Part shown: positions 17,713-32,400 of the stretch, piece by piece
Position numbering within the stretch: position 1 is the first letter of the stretch
Layout: every line of letters begins with the position of its first letter
Assembly: GCA_002269645.1 (NCBI GenBank)
Contig: NIVC01000962.1
Coordinates: 124,001 to 188,000 of the forward strand
Source of the DNA: Macrostomum lignano
Lineage: Eukaryota
Reading direction: 5' to 3'
Length of the DNA stretch: 64,000 nt
Made by a program: the position numbers and the translations under genes
Notes under the pieces: model-generated
Database searches by the model: none
What the model saw: only the letters and a program-made list of their open reading frames with translations
What the model was told of the DNA's origin: nothing

Positions 17713-18391
17713 ATTCGAGACAGTAGATTTAAACAAGAGGTTTTGAACTTCAGAGTTTTGATCATGCACAGGTTAGAATTACTGCCATCGAGTTCCGCAG
17801 ACAGAATTCAGAATACGGAGTTCATTGAGTTCCTTCACAGCTAGCTAAAAAGCCAAAATCTACGCGTACTACTTCTACTAAGCTATGAGTAGTGAGTAAA
17901 CGAGTCTTCAACTCTGATAAGCAGCTCAGCTGGAAGATTTTGTACAGAGATTATGGGCGGCCTGCTCGATCGGCTGTCTTGAGTCGCAATTTTTTTGATG
18001 CACGGTTCAGCAGGTAGATGGATGTTCGAATCCGAGCAGTCTTGCCCGAGCTGAAGCTGACTGAAGTCGTGACTGAATTCCCAGCTCAGTGCTGAGTAGC
18101 CAAGCGAAAAGATGCCGATCGGGGCCGGGCGCAGTTTTCATCAGTTTGGATTAAACAAAAAACTCTGAATTAGTGGAAGATCAAAGATGGAGGCGGTTAA
18201 GGAAGGATTTCATTTTAACAAAAGAAGCAAAGGGAAATTTGATCTTTGATATTTTCTGTTCAATTTGCTTCAGCATCTATCAAGGATTAATTCCTTTCCA
18301 CTTCTGCAGCCTGAGCAGTGTCTGTGTTGCACTCAGGCGTGCTCAAACTGCACCGATATTCTATCTGGAACTTTACCGTGTTTTGGGTGAG

Positions 18392-19998
18392 GAGTAGAGT
18401 AGAGTAGAGTAGAGTAGAGTAGAGTAGAGTAGAGTAGAGTAGAGTAGAGTAGAGTAGAGTAGAGTAGAGTAGAGTAGAGTAGAGTAGAGAAAGAGAATGG
18501 AGAGTAGAGTAGAGTAGAGAAAGATAATGGAGAGTAGAGTAGAGTAGAGAAAGAGAATGGAGAGTAGAGTAGAGAAAGAGAATGGAGAGTAGAGTGGAGT
18601 AGAGAAAGAGAATGGAGAGTAGAGTGGAGTAGAGAAAGAGAATGGAGAGTAGAGTAGATTAGAGAAAGAGAATGGAGAGTAGAGTAGAGTAGAGAAAGAG
18701 AATGGAGAGTAGAGTGGAGTAGAGAAAGAGAATGGAGAGTAGAGTAGATTAGAGAAAGAGAATGGAGAGTAGAGTGGAGTAGAGAAAGAGAATGGAGAGT
18801 AGAGTAGATTAGAGAAAGAGAATGGAGAGAAGAGTAGAGTAGAGAAAGAGAATGGAGAGTAGAGTAGAGTAGAGTAGAGTAGAGAAAGAGAATGGAGAGT
18901 AGAGTAGAGTAGAGAAAGAGAATGGAGAGTAGAGTAGAGAAAGAGAATGGAGAGTAGAGTGGAGTAGAGAAAGAGAATGGAGAGTAGAGTGGAGTAGAGA
19001 AAGAGAATGGAGAGTAGAGTAGATTAGAGAAAGAGAATGGAGAGTAGAGTAGAGTAGAGAAAGAGAATGGAGAGTAGAGTAGATTAGAGAAAGAGAATGG
19101 AGAGTAGAGTAGATTAGAGAAAGAGAATGGAGAGTAGAGTGGAGTAGAGAAAGAGAATGGAGAGTAGAGTAGATTAGAGAAAGAGAATGGAGAGGAGAGT
19201 AGAGTAGAGAAAGAGAATGGAGAGTAGAGTAGAGTAGAGTAGAGTAGAGTAGAGTAGAGTAGAGTAGAGAAAGAGAATGGAGAGGAGAGTAGAGTAGAGA
19301 AAGAGAATGGAGAGTAGAGTAGAGTAGAGTAGAGTAGAGTAGAGTAGAGTAGATTAGAGAAAGAGAATGGAGAGTAGAGTGGAGTAGAGAAAGAGAATGG
19401 AGAGTAGAGTGGAGTAGAGAAAGAGAATGGAGAGTAGAGTAGAGTAGAGAAAGAGAATGGAGAGTAGACTAGAGTAGAGAAGGAGAATGGAGAGTAGAGT
19501 AGAGTAGAGAAAGAGAATGGAGAGTAGAGTAGAGAAAGAGAATGGAGAGTAGAGTAGAGAAAGAGAATGGAGAGTAGAGTAGAATAGAGAAAGAGAATGG
19601 AGAGTAGAATAGAGTAGAGAAAGAGAATGGAGAGTAGAGTAGATTAGAGAAAGAGAATGGAGAGTAGAATAGAGTAGAGAAAGAGAATGGAGAGTAGAGT
19701 AGATTAGAGAAAGAGAATGGAAAGTAGAGTAGAATAGAGAAAGAGAATGGAGAGTAGAGTAGATTAGAGAAGGAGAATGGAGAGTAGAGTAGAATAGAGA
19801 AAGAGAATGGAGAGTAGAGTAGATTAGAGAAAGAGAATGGAGAGTAGAGTAGATTAGAGAAAGAGAATGGAGAGTAGAGTAGAATAGAGAAAGAGAATGG
19901 AGAGTAGAGTAGATTAGAGAAAGAGAATGGAGAGTAGAGTAGATTAGAGAAGGAGAATAGAGAGTAGAGTAGATTAGAGAAGGAGAATAGAGAGTAAG
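18392..19998. repeat. (GAGTA)n array grading into a 30-bp unit AGAGAAAGAGAATGGAGAGTAGAGTAGAGT
   Basis: Pure pentamer at the start, then 25/30/35-bp composite units. Confidence 0.95.
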
Positions 19999-20627
19999 AG
20001 TCCACTGACCACTCCCGTGCAGAGCAGACGGTAGCAAAAGTTTCCTCACACAGGCTTTCACGATTCAGAATTGGAAATTGGAAAGATTGCGAGCTCACAC
20101 TTGTGGGAAAGTCCCTGAGCAGCATGCAGTTACCATTCTGCGCAGTGACAAAATAAATCAACATTAATTTTCATCTGTGGAAGAGGCCGCACAAATTTCG
20201 AACTGCGGTCGAGAAAAACAGAAACAAGTTAAAAATTATGAAACTCATTGAAATGCAAATTCGAAACTCGGTAGGGTTTGGGGCATTGTGTAGCAAAAAT
20301 TTTAATTTCAACTTTTGAGGTGGGTTTCATGCTAACCCATTCGGACCTGCATCGCTCAACGGAATTAAACTAAAAGAAGCAACCGAAAAACTGCTTATAC
20401 AACGATTTTTTAAACGATTTTGTTGGAACAGAAAAAAATGAGTTTTTCTGCTTTTGCTTTGATACAGTGAAACTGGTGCCTCACTTGGCCTGCAGTCAGT
20501 GATGCGTGAGAAGTAGAGAACTCCAGTTGTAGTTTTTGGTTGCCTACGCAACGAATGTCCGAAGTCTTGTTTGCACAGAATGCGAACTCTTTGATACTGA
20601 AGGAAAAGACATGATGTGCAGGAAATG

Positions 20628-22332
<1,705 letters not shown>

Positions 22333-23408
22333 CTCTTACGACTGTCTGTGTGTTTAGCGGGACCTGAGTTATGTTAATGCGTTACGTGGACCACGCAATT
22401 CCGGTTAAAAAATAGAGTCTGTTTTGACAACGCGAAAGGCTAGCTAGGGTTATCTTTTTGTTAACTTGACGGAATAGCCAGTTCGTGGAAACTGTGGTGG
22501 TTCACTAACTACGTTTTGGGGACCGGGTTAGGTGGACCCCAAAAAAACAGTTGGTTTAGTTAGACCTCTTTCGTTGTAGAAAATTTATTGCTTTAAACTG
22601 TTCTTTTGAACTAATTAAAACAGAAATTCTCAAAAAGAACAGATAAAAGGGTTACGACGTCATTTAATGAAAATATCCCAAGTTCAAACCAATTTATTTA
22701 GCATTATTAATCGGGTTAATCGGATTAAACAAATGTACGATCGCATTAGTTAGTTGCGTCGCGTGAATACAAGAAGGTGAATGAAAATAAAGCATTTTGA
22801 AAATAAATACCGAATCATATCAAATACTAACTGTAAACTCATTAAAACTAATTTAGGTCAAAATGTATGCTTCAAATACATGTTAACAAACGTAAGATTC
22901 CATTAGTTAATAAAGGTCATCCGAGTACGAGCCTACAAGAAGTTGAAGGGCATTTTTAATAACGACAAAAGTTACTAAAACTGAAATTAAATTTATTTGA
23001 CTACATCAGTCCTATTATACTGAATGAGTTGGTGAGCAATCATATGCTAAGCCAATCATTTTACCGACTTTCATCTTTTCGTTCACGCAGATGATGGCTT
23101 AATCTTCTTATTTTTTCTACGAAATATTCTCCTGGACCTTCCCTGCCTCCGTGGTCCGGGACCGCTTCTGTTATTGATCTGTCATTGCCTCTCTCACGAA
23201 TTTCAGCTTACTCAGCCATCGAATCCGCTTTCGTCAGCTCAGCTCTATGATGAACCTTTCTATATTTCTCGTCAATTAGTGGTTTGAATCTTCTTTTAAA
23301 GTTCGTTTTAACCTTCATCTCGGTGAAACGCAGTCAGTCTCGTCGAGCTCAGGCGAACAAAATCAACCACAGGCTCCTACAAAGGTAGAAAATAAAATTA
23401 ACTGACAA

Positions 23409-26400
23409 TCAAACAGACACAGAAATCTGTTCCAGTTGTGTCTGTAGGTTATGTGGACCACCTGAGAGCCAGAGCCTCAAACAGACAGAGAAATCTGTTC
23501 GAGTTGTGTCTGTAGGTTAGATGGACCAGCTATTCTACAGCACTTCTAGGCGATAATCTGAGCCAGGAATCTCCAAGAGCCTCTCGTTACACATCCAGAT
23601 GTTCTGCCTTGATGCTGGACTAGCTCACTTTCTAGGAATCTGTTCTGATTGCATTCTAACAAACTGAAGCATTCTCGCACTAAACTTTCTCGGCGGCTCT
23701 GAGAGCCAGAGCCTCAAACAGACAGAGAAATCTGTTCGAGTTGTGTCTGTAGGTTAGGTGGACCAGCTATTCTACAGCACTTCTAGGCGATAATCTGAGC
23801 CAGGAATCTCCGAGAGCCTCTCGTTACACATCCAGATGTTCTGCCTTGATGCTGGACTAGCTCACTTTCTAGGAATCTGTTCTGATTACATTCTAACAAA
23901 CTGAAGCATTCTCGGCACTAAACTTTCTCAGCGGCTCTGAGATCCAGAGCCTCAAACAGACAGAAATCTGTTCGAGTTGTGTCTGTAGGTTAGGTGGACC
24001 AGCTACTCCACAGCACTTCTAGGCGATAATCTGAGCCAGGAGTCTTCGAGAGACTTTCGTTACACATCCAGATGTTCTGCCTTGATGCTGGACTAGCTCA
24101 CTTTCTAGGAATCTGTTCTGATTGCATTCTAACAAACTGAAGCATTTTCTGCACTAAACTTTCTCGGTGGCTCTAAGAGCCAGAGCCTAAACAGACAGAG
24201 AAATCTGCTCGAGTTGTGTCTGTAGGTTAGGTGGACCACCTTCTGAGAGACAAAGCCTCAAACAGACTGAGAGAGCTGCTTCAGTTCTGTTTGTAGGTTA
24301 TGTGGACCATTTAAGAGCCAGAGCCTCAAACAGACAGAGAAATCTGTTCGAGTTGTGTCTGTAGGTTAGATGGACCAGCTATTCTACAGCACTTCTAGGC
24401 GATAATCTGAGCCAGGAATCTCCAAGAGCCTCTCGTTACACATCCAGATGTTCTGCCTTGATGCTGGACTAGCTCACTTTCTAGGAATCTGTTCTGATTG
24501 CATTCTAACAAACTGAAGCATTCTCGCACTAAACTTTCTCGGCGGCTCTGAGAGCCAGAGCCTCAAACAGACAGAGAAATCTGTTCGAGTTGTGTCTGTA
24601 GGTTAGGTGGACCAGCTATTCTACAGCACTTCTAGGCGATAATCTGAGCCAGGAATCTCCGAGAGCCTCTCGTTACACATCCAGATGTTCTGCCTTGATG
24701 CTGGACTAGCTCACTTTCTAGGAATCTGTTCTGATTACATTCTAACAAACTGAAGCATTCTCGGCACTAAACTTTCTCAGCGGCTCTGAGATCCAGAGCC
24801 TCAAACAGACAGAAATCTGTTCGAGTTGTGTCTGTAGGTTAGGTGGACCAGCTACTCCACAGCACTTCTAGGCGATAATCTGAGCCAGGAGTCTTCGAGA
24901 GACTTTCGTTACACATCCAGATGTTCTGCCTTGATGCTGGACTAGCTCACTTTCTAGGAATCTGTTCTGATTGCATTCTAACAAACTGAAGCATTTTCTG
25001 CACTAAACTTTCTCGGCGGCTCTAAGAGCCAGAGCCTAAACAGACAGAGAAATCTGCTCGAGTTGTGTCTGTAGGTTAGGTGGACCACCTTCTGAGAGAC
25101 AAAGCCTCAAACAGACTGAGAGAGCTGCTTCAGTTCTGTCTGTAGGTTATGTGGACCATTTAAGAGCCAGAGCCTCAACAGACAGAGAAATCTGTTCGAG
25201 TTGTGTCTTTAGGTTAGGTGGACCAGCTATTCTACAGCACTTCTAGGCGATAATCCGAGCCAGGAATCTCCGAGAGCCTCTCGTTACACATCCAGATGTT
25301 CTGCCTTGATGCTGGACTAGCTCACTTTCTAGGAATCTGTTCTGATTGCATTCTAACAAACTGAAGCATTTTCTGCACTAAACTTTCTCGGCGGCTCTAA
25401 GAGCCAGAGCCTAAACAGACAGAGAAATCTGCTCGAGTTGTGTCTGTAGGTTAGGTGGACCACCTTCTGAGAAACAAAGCCTCAAACAGACTGAGAGAGC
25501 TGCTTCAGTTCTGTCTGTAGGTTATGTGGACCATTTAAGAGCCAGAGCCTCAAACAGACAGAGAAATCTGTTCGAGTTGTGTCTGTAGGTTAGGTGGACC
25601 AGCTATTCTACAGCACTTCTAGGCGATAATCTGAGCCAGGAATCTCCGAGAGCCTCTCGTTACACATCCAGATGTTCTGCTTGATGCTGGACTAGCTCAC
25701 TTTCTAGGAATCTGTTCTGATTGCATTCTAACAAACTGAAGCATTCTCGGCACTAAACTTTCTCAGCGGCTCTGAGAGCCAGAGCCTTAAACAGACAGAA
25801 ATCTGTTCGAGTTGTGTCTGTAGGTTAGGTGGACCAGCTACTCCACAGCACTTCTAGGCGATAATCTGAGCCAGGAGTCTTCGAGAGACTTTCGTTACAC
25901 ATCCAGATGTTCTGCCTTGATGCTGGACTAGCTCACTTTCTAGGAATCTGTTCTGATTGCATTCTAACAAACTGAAGCATTTTCTGCACTAAACTTTCTC
26001 GGCGGCTCTAAGAGCCAGAGCCTAAACAGACAGAGAAATCTGCTCGAGTTGTGTCTGTAGGTTAGGTGGACCACCTTCTGAGAGACAAAGCCTCAAACAG
26101 ACTGAGAGAGCTGCTTCAGTTCTGTCTGTAGGTTATGTGGACCATTTAAGAGCCAGAGCCTCAAACAGACAGAGAAATCTGTTCGAGTTGTGTCTGTAGG
26201 TTAGGTGGACCAGCTATTCTACAGCACTTCTAGGCGATAATCCGAGCCAGGAATCTCCGAGAGCCTCTCGTTACACATCCAGATGTTCTGCCTTGATGCT
26301 GGACTAGCTCACTTTCTAGGAATCTGTTCTGATTGCATTCTAACAAACTGAAGCATTCTCGGCACTAAACTTTCTCAGCGGCTCTGAGAGCCAGAGCCTC

Positions 26401-29400
26401 AAACAGACAGAAATCTGTTCGAGTTGTGTCTGTAGGTTAGATGGACCAGCTATTCTACAGCACTTCTAGGCGATAATCTGAGCCAGGAATCTCCAAGAGC
26501 CTCTCGTTACACATCCAGATGTTCTGCCTTGATGCTGGACTAGCTCACTTTCTAGGAATCTGTTCTGATTGCATTCTAACAAACTGAAGCATTCTCGGCA
26601 CTAAACTTTCTCGGCGGCTCTGAGAGCCAGAGCCTCAAACAGACAGAGAAATCTGTTCGAGTTGTGTCTGTAGGTTAGGTGGACCAGCTATTCTACAGCA
26701 CTTCTAGGCGATAATCTGAGCCAGGAATCTCCGAGAGCCTCTCGTTACACATCCAGATGTTCTGCCTTGATGCTGGACTAGCTCACTTTCTAGGAATCTG
26801 TTCTGATTACATTCTAACAAACTGAAGCATTCTCGGCACTAAACTTTCTCAGCGGCTCTGAGATCCAGAGCCTCAAACAGACAGAAATCTGTTCGAGTTG
26901 TGTCTGTAGGTTAGGTGGACCAGCTACTCCACAGCACTTCTAGGCGATAATCTGAGCCAGGAGTCATCGAGAGACTTTCGTTACACATCAGATGTTCTGC
27001 CTTGATGCTGGACTAGCTCACTTTCTAGGAATCTGTTCTGATTGCATTCTAACAAACTGAAGCATTTTCTGCACTAAACTTTCTCGGCGGCTCTAAGAGC
27101 CAGAGCCTAAACAGACAGAGAAATCTGCTCGAGTTGTGTCTGTAGGTTAGGTGGACCACCTTCTGAGAGACAAAGCCTCAAACAGACTGAGAGAGCTGCT
27201 TCAGTTCTGTCTGTAGGTTATGTGGACCATTTAAGAGCCAGAGCCTCAAACAGACAGAGAAATCTGTTCGAGTTGTGTCTGTAGGTTAGGTGGACCAGCT
27301 ATTCTACAGCACTTCTAGGCGATAATCCGAGCCAGGAATCTCCGAGAGCCTCTCGTTACACATCCAGATGTTCTGCCTTGATGCTGGACTAGCTCACTTT
27401 CTAGGAATCTGTTCTGATTGCATTCTAACAAACTGAAGCATTCTCGGCACTAAACTTTCTCGGCGGCTCTGAGAGCCAGAGCCTCAAACAGACAGAGAAA
27501 TCTGTTCGAGTTGTGTCTGTAGGTTAGGTGGACCAGCTACTCCACAGACCTTCTAGGCGATAATCTGAGCCAGGAATCTCCGAGAGCCTCTCGTTACACA
27601 TCCAGATGTTCTGCCTTGATGCTGGACTAGCTCACTTTCTAGGAATCTGTTCTGATTGCATTCTAACAAACTGAAGCATTCTCGGCACTAAACTTTCTCA
27701 ACGGCTCTGAGAGCCAGAGCCTCAAACAGACAGAAATCTGTTCGAGTTGTGTCTGTAGGTTAGGTGGACCAGCTACTCCACCGCACTTCTAGGCGATAAT
27801 CTGAGCCAGGAGTCTTCGAGAGACTTTCGTTACACATCCAGATGTTCTGCCTTGATGCTGGACTAGCTCACTTTCTAAGAATCTGTTCTGATTGCATTCT
27901 AACAAACTGAAGCATTTTCTGCACTAAACTTTCTCGGCGGCTCTAAGAGCCAGAGCCTAAACAGACAGAGAAATCTGCTCGAGTTGTGTCTGTAGGTTAG
28001 GTGGACCACCTTCTGAGAGACAAAGCCTCAAACAGACTGAGAGAGCTGCTTCAGTTCTGTCTGTAGGTTATGTGGACCATTTAAGAGCCAGAGCCTCAAA
28101 CAGACAGAGAAATCTGTTCGAGTTGTGTCTTTAGGTTAGGTGGACCAGCTATTCTACAGCACTTCTAGGCGATAATCCGAGCCAGGAATCTCCGAGAGCC
28201 TCTCGTTACACATCCAGATGTTCTGCCTTGATGCTGGACTAGCTCACTTTCTAGGAATCTGTTCTGATTGCATTCTAACAAACTGAAGCATTTTCTGCAC
28301 TAAACTCTCTCGGTGGCTCTAAGAGCCAGAGCCTAAACAGACAGAGAAATCTGTTCAAGTTGTGTCTGTAGGTTAGGTGGACCACCTTCTGAGAGACAAA
28401 GCCTCAAACAGACTGAGAGAGCTGCTTCAGTTCTGTCTGTAGGTTATGTGGACCATTTAAGAGCCAGAGCCTCAAACAGACAGAGAAATCTGTTCGAGTT
28501 GTGTCTGTAGGTTAGGTGGACCAGCTATTCTACAGCACTTCTAGGCGATAATCCGAGCCAGGAATCTCCGAGAGCCTCTCGTTACACATCCAGATGTTCT
28601 GCTTGATGCTGGACTAGCTCACTTTCTAGGAATCTGTTCTGATTGCATTCTAACAAACTGAAGCATTCTCGGCACTAAACTTTCTCAGCGGCTCTGAGAG
28701 CCAGAGCCTTAAACAGACAGAAATCTGTTCGAGTTGTGTCTGTAGGTTAGATGGACCAGCTATTCTACAGCACTTCTAGGCGATAATCTGAGCCAGGAAT
28801 CTCCAAGAGCCTCTCGTTACACATCCAGATGTTCTGCCTTGATGCTGGACTAGCTCACTTTCTAGGAATCTGTTCTGATTGCATTCTAACAAACTGAAGC
28901 ATTCTCGGCACTAAACTTTCTCGGCGGCTCTGAGAGCCAGAGCCTCAAACAGACAGAGAAATCTGTTCGAGTTGTGTCTGTAGGTTAGGTGGACCAGCTA
29001 TTCTACAGCACTTCTAGGCGATAATCTGAGCCAGGAATCTCCGAGAGCCTCTCGTTACACATCCAGATGTTCTGCCTTGATGCTGGACTAGCTCACTTTC
29101 TAGGAATCTGTTCTGATTACATTCTAACAAACTGAAGCATTCTCGCACTAAACTTTCTCAGCGGCTCTGAGATCCAGAGCCTCAAACAGACAGAAATCTG
29201 TTCGAGTTGTGTCTGTAGGTTAGGTGGACCAGCTACTCCACAGCATTTCTAGGCGATAATCTGAGCCAGGAGTCTTCGAGAGACTTTCGTTACACATCCA
29301 GATGTTCTGCATTGATGCTGGACTAGCTCACTTTCTAGGAATCTGTTCTGATTGCATTCTAACAAACTGAAGCATTTTCTGCACTAAACTTTCTCGGCGG

Positions 29401-32400
29401 CTCTAAGAGCCAGAGCCTAAACAGACAGAGAAATCTGCTCGAGTTGTGTCTGTAGGTTAGGTGGACCACCTTCTGAGAGACAAAGCCTCAAACAGACTGA
29501 GAGAGCTGCTTCAGTTCTGTCTGTAGGTTATGTGGACCATTTAAAAGCCAGAGCCTCAAACAGACAGAGAAATCTGTTCGAGTTGTGTCTGTAGGTTAGG
29601 TGGACCAGCTACTCCACAGCACTTCTAGGCGATAATCTGAGCCAGGAATCTCCGAGAGCCTCTCGTTACACATCCAGATGTTCTGCCTTGATGCTGGACT
29701 AGCTCACTTTCTAGGAATCTGTTCTGATTGCATTCTAACAAACTGAAGCATTCTCGGCACTAAAATTTCTCAACGGCTCTGAGAGCCAGAGCCTCAAACA
29801 GACAGAAATCTGTTCGAGTTGTGTCTGTAGGTTAGGTGGACCAGCTACTCCACCGCACTTCTAGGCGATAATCTGAGCCAGGAGTCTTCGAGAGACTTTC
29901 GTTACACATCCAGATGTTCTGCCTTGATGCTGGACTAGCTCACTTTCTAAGAATCTGTTCTGATTGCATTCTAACAAACTGAAGCATTTTCTGCACTAAA
30001 CTTTCTCGGCGCTCTAAGAGCCAGAGCCTAAACAGACAGAGAAATCTGTCGAGTTGTGTCTGTAGGTTAGGTGACCACCTTCTGAGAGACAAAGCCTCAA
30101 ACAGACTGAGAGAGCTGCTTCAGTTCTGTCTGTAGGTTATGTGGACCATTTAAGAGCCAGAGCCTCAAACAGACAGAGAAATCTGTTCGAGTTGTGTCTG
30201 TAGGTTAGGTGGACCAGCTATTCTACAGCACTTCTAGGCGATAATCCGAGCCAGGAATCTCTAAGAGCCTCTCGTTACGCATCCAGATGTTCTGCTGATG
30301 CTGGACTAGCTCACTTTCTAGGAATCTGTTCTGATTGCATTCTAACAAACTGAAGCATTCTCGGCACTAAACTTTCTCGGCGGCTCTGAGAGCCAGAGCC
30401 TCAAAGCAGACAGAGAAATCTGTTCGAGTTGTGTCTGTAGGTTAGGTGGACCAGCTATTCTACAGCACTTCTAGGCGATAATCTGAGCCAGGAATCTCGA
30501 GAGCCTCTCGTTACACATCCAGATGTTCTGCCTTGATGCTGGACTAGCTCACTTTCTAGAATCTGTTCTGATTGCATTCTAACAAACTGAAGCATTCTCG
30601 GCACTAAAATTTCTCAACGCGCTCTGAGAGCCAGAGCCTCAAAACAGACAGAAATCTGTTCGAGTTGTGTCTGTAGGTTAGGTGGACCAGCTACTCCACA
30701 GCACTTCTAGGCGATAATCTGAGCCAGGAGTCTTCGAGAGACTTTCGTTACACATCCAGATGTTCTGCCTTGATGCTGGACTAGCTCACTTTCTAAGAAT
30801 CTGTTCTGATTGCATTCTAACAAACTGAAGCATTTTCTGCACTAAACTTTCTCGGCGGCTCTAAGAGCCAGAGCCTAAACAGACAAGAAATCTGCTCGAG
30901 TTGTGTCTGTAGGTTAGGTGGACCACCTTCTGAGAGACAAAAGCCTCAAACAGACTGAGAGAGCTGCTTTCAGTTCTGTCTGTAGGTTATGTGGACCATT
31001 TAAGAGGCCAGAGCCTCAAACAGACAGAGAAATCTGTTCGAGTTGTGTCTTAGGTTAGGTGGACCAGCTATTCTACAGCACTTCTATAGGCGATAATCTG
31101 AAGCCAGGAATCTCCGAGAGCCTCTCGTTACACACATCCAGATGTTCTGCCTTGATGCTGGACTAGCTCACTTTCTAGGAATCTGTTCTGATTGCATTCT
31201 AACAAACTGAAGCATTCTCGGCACTAAACTTTCTCGCGCGGCTCCGAGAGCCAGAGCCTCAAACAGACAGAGAAATCTGTTCGAGTGTGTCTGTAAGTTA
31301 GATGGACCAGCTATCTACAGCACTTCTAGGCGATAATCTGAGCCAGGAATCTCCGAGAGCCTCTCGTTACACATCCAGATTGTTCTGCCTTGATGCTGGA
31401 CTAGCTCACTTTCTAGGAAATCTGTTCTGATTGCATTCTAACAAACTGAAGCATTCTCGGCAACAAAAAATTCTCGGCGGCTCTGAGAGCCAGAGCCTCA
31501 AACAGACAGAGAAATCTGTTCGAGTTGAGTCTGTAGGTTAGGTGGACCAGCTACTCCACAGCACTTCTAGGCGATAAACTGAGCCAGGAATCTCCGAGAG
31601 CCTCTCGTTACTCATCCAGATGTTCTGCCTTGATGCTGGACTAGCTCACTTTCTAGGAATCTGTTCTGATTGCATTCTAACAAACTGAAGCATTCTCGCA
31701 CTAAACTTTCTCGGCGGCTCTGAGAGCCAGAGCCTCAAACAGACAGAGAAATCTGTTCGAGTTGTGTCTGTAGGTTAGGTGGACCAGCTACTCCACAGCA
31801 CTTCTAGGCGATAATCTGAGCCAGGAATCTTCAGAGACTTTCGTTACACATCCAGATGTTCTGCCTTGATGCTGGACTAGCTCACTTTCTAGGAATCTGT
31901 TCTGATTGCATTCTAACAAACTGAAGCATTCTCGGCACTAAACTTTCTCGGCGGCTCTGAGAGCCAGAGCCTCAAACAGACAGAGAAATCTGTTCGAGTT
32001 GTGTCTGTAGGTTAGGTGGACCAGCTATTCTACAGCACTTCTAGGCGATAATCCGAGCCAGGAATCTCCGAGAGCCTCTCGTTACACATCCAGATGTTCT
32101 GCCTTGATGCTGGACTAGCTCACTTTCTAAGAATCTGTTCTGATTGCATTCTAACAAACTGAAGCATTCTCGGCACTAAATTTTCTCGGCGGCTCTGAGA
32201 GCCAGAGCCTCAAACAGACAGAAATCTGTTCGAGTTGTGTCTGTAGGTTAGGTGGACCAGCTACTCCACAGCACTTCTAGGCGATAATCTGAGCCAGGAA
32301 TCTTCAAGAGACTTTCGTTACACATCCAGATGTTCTGCCTTGATGCTGGACTAGCTCACTTTCTAGGAATCTGTTCTGATTGCATTCTAACAAACTGAAG

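Noticed and set aside
17955-18040. tRNA-like element with GTTCGAATCC
   Set aside because: No A-box, an internal T7 run (Pol III terminator) and no cloverleaf.
23090-23140. Chromodomain-like GEYFVEKI on the - strand
   Set aside because: The following conserved aromatic residues are absent and stops flank it.
23464-23701. Hammerhead ribozyme in the satellite monomer (as in Schistosoma Sm-alpha or newt sat2)
   Set aside because: No CUGANGA...GAAA core found on either strand by eye.
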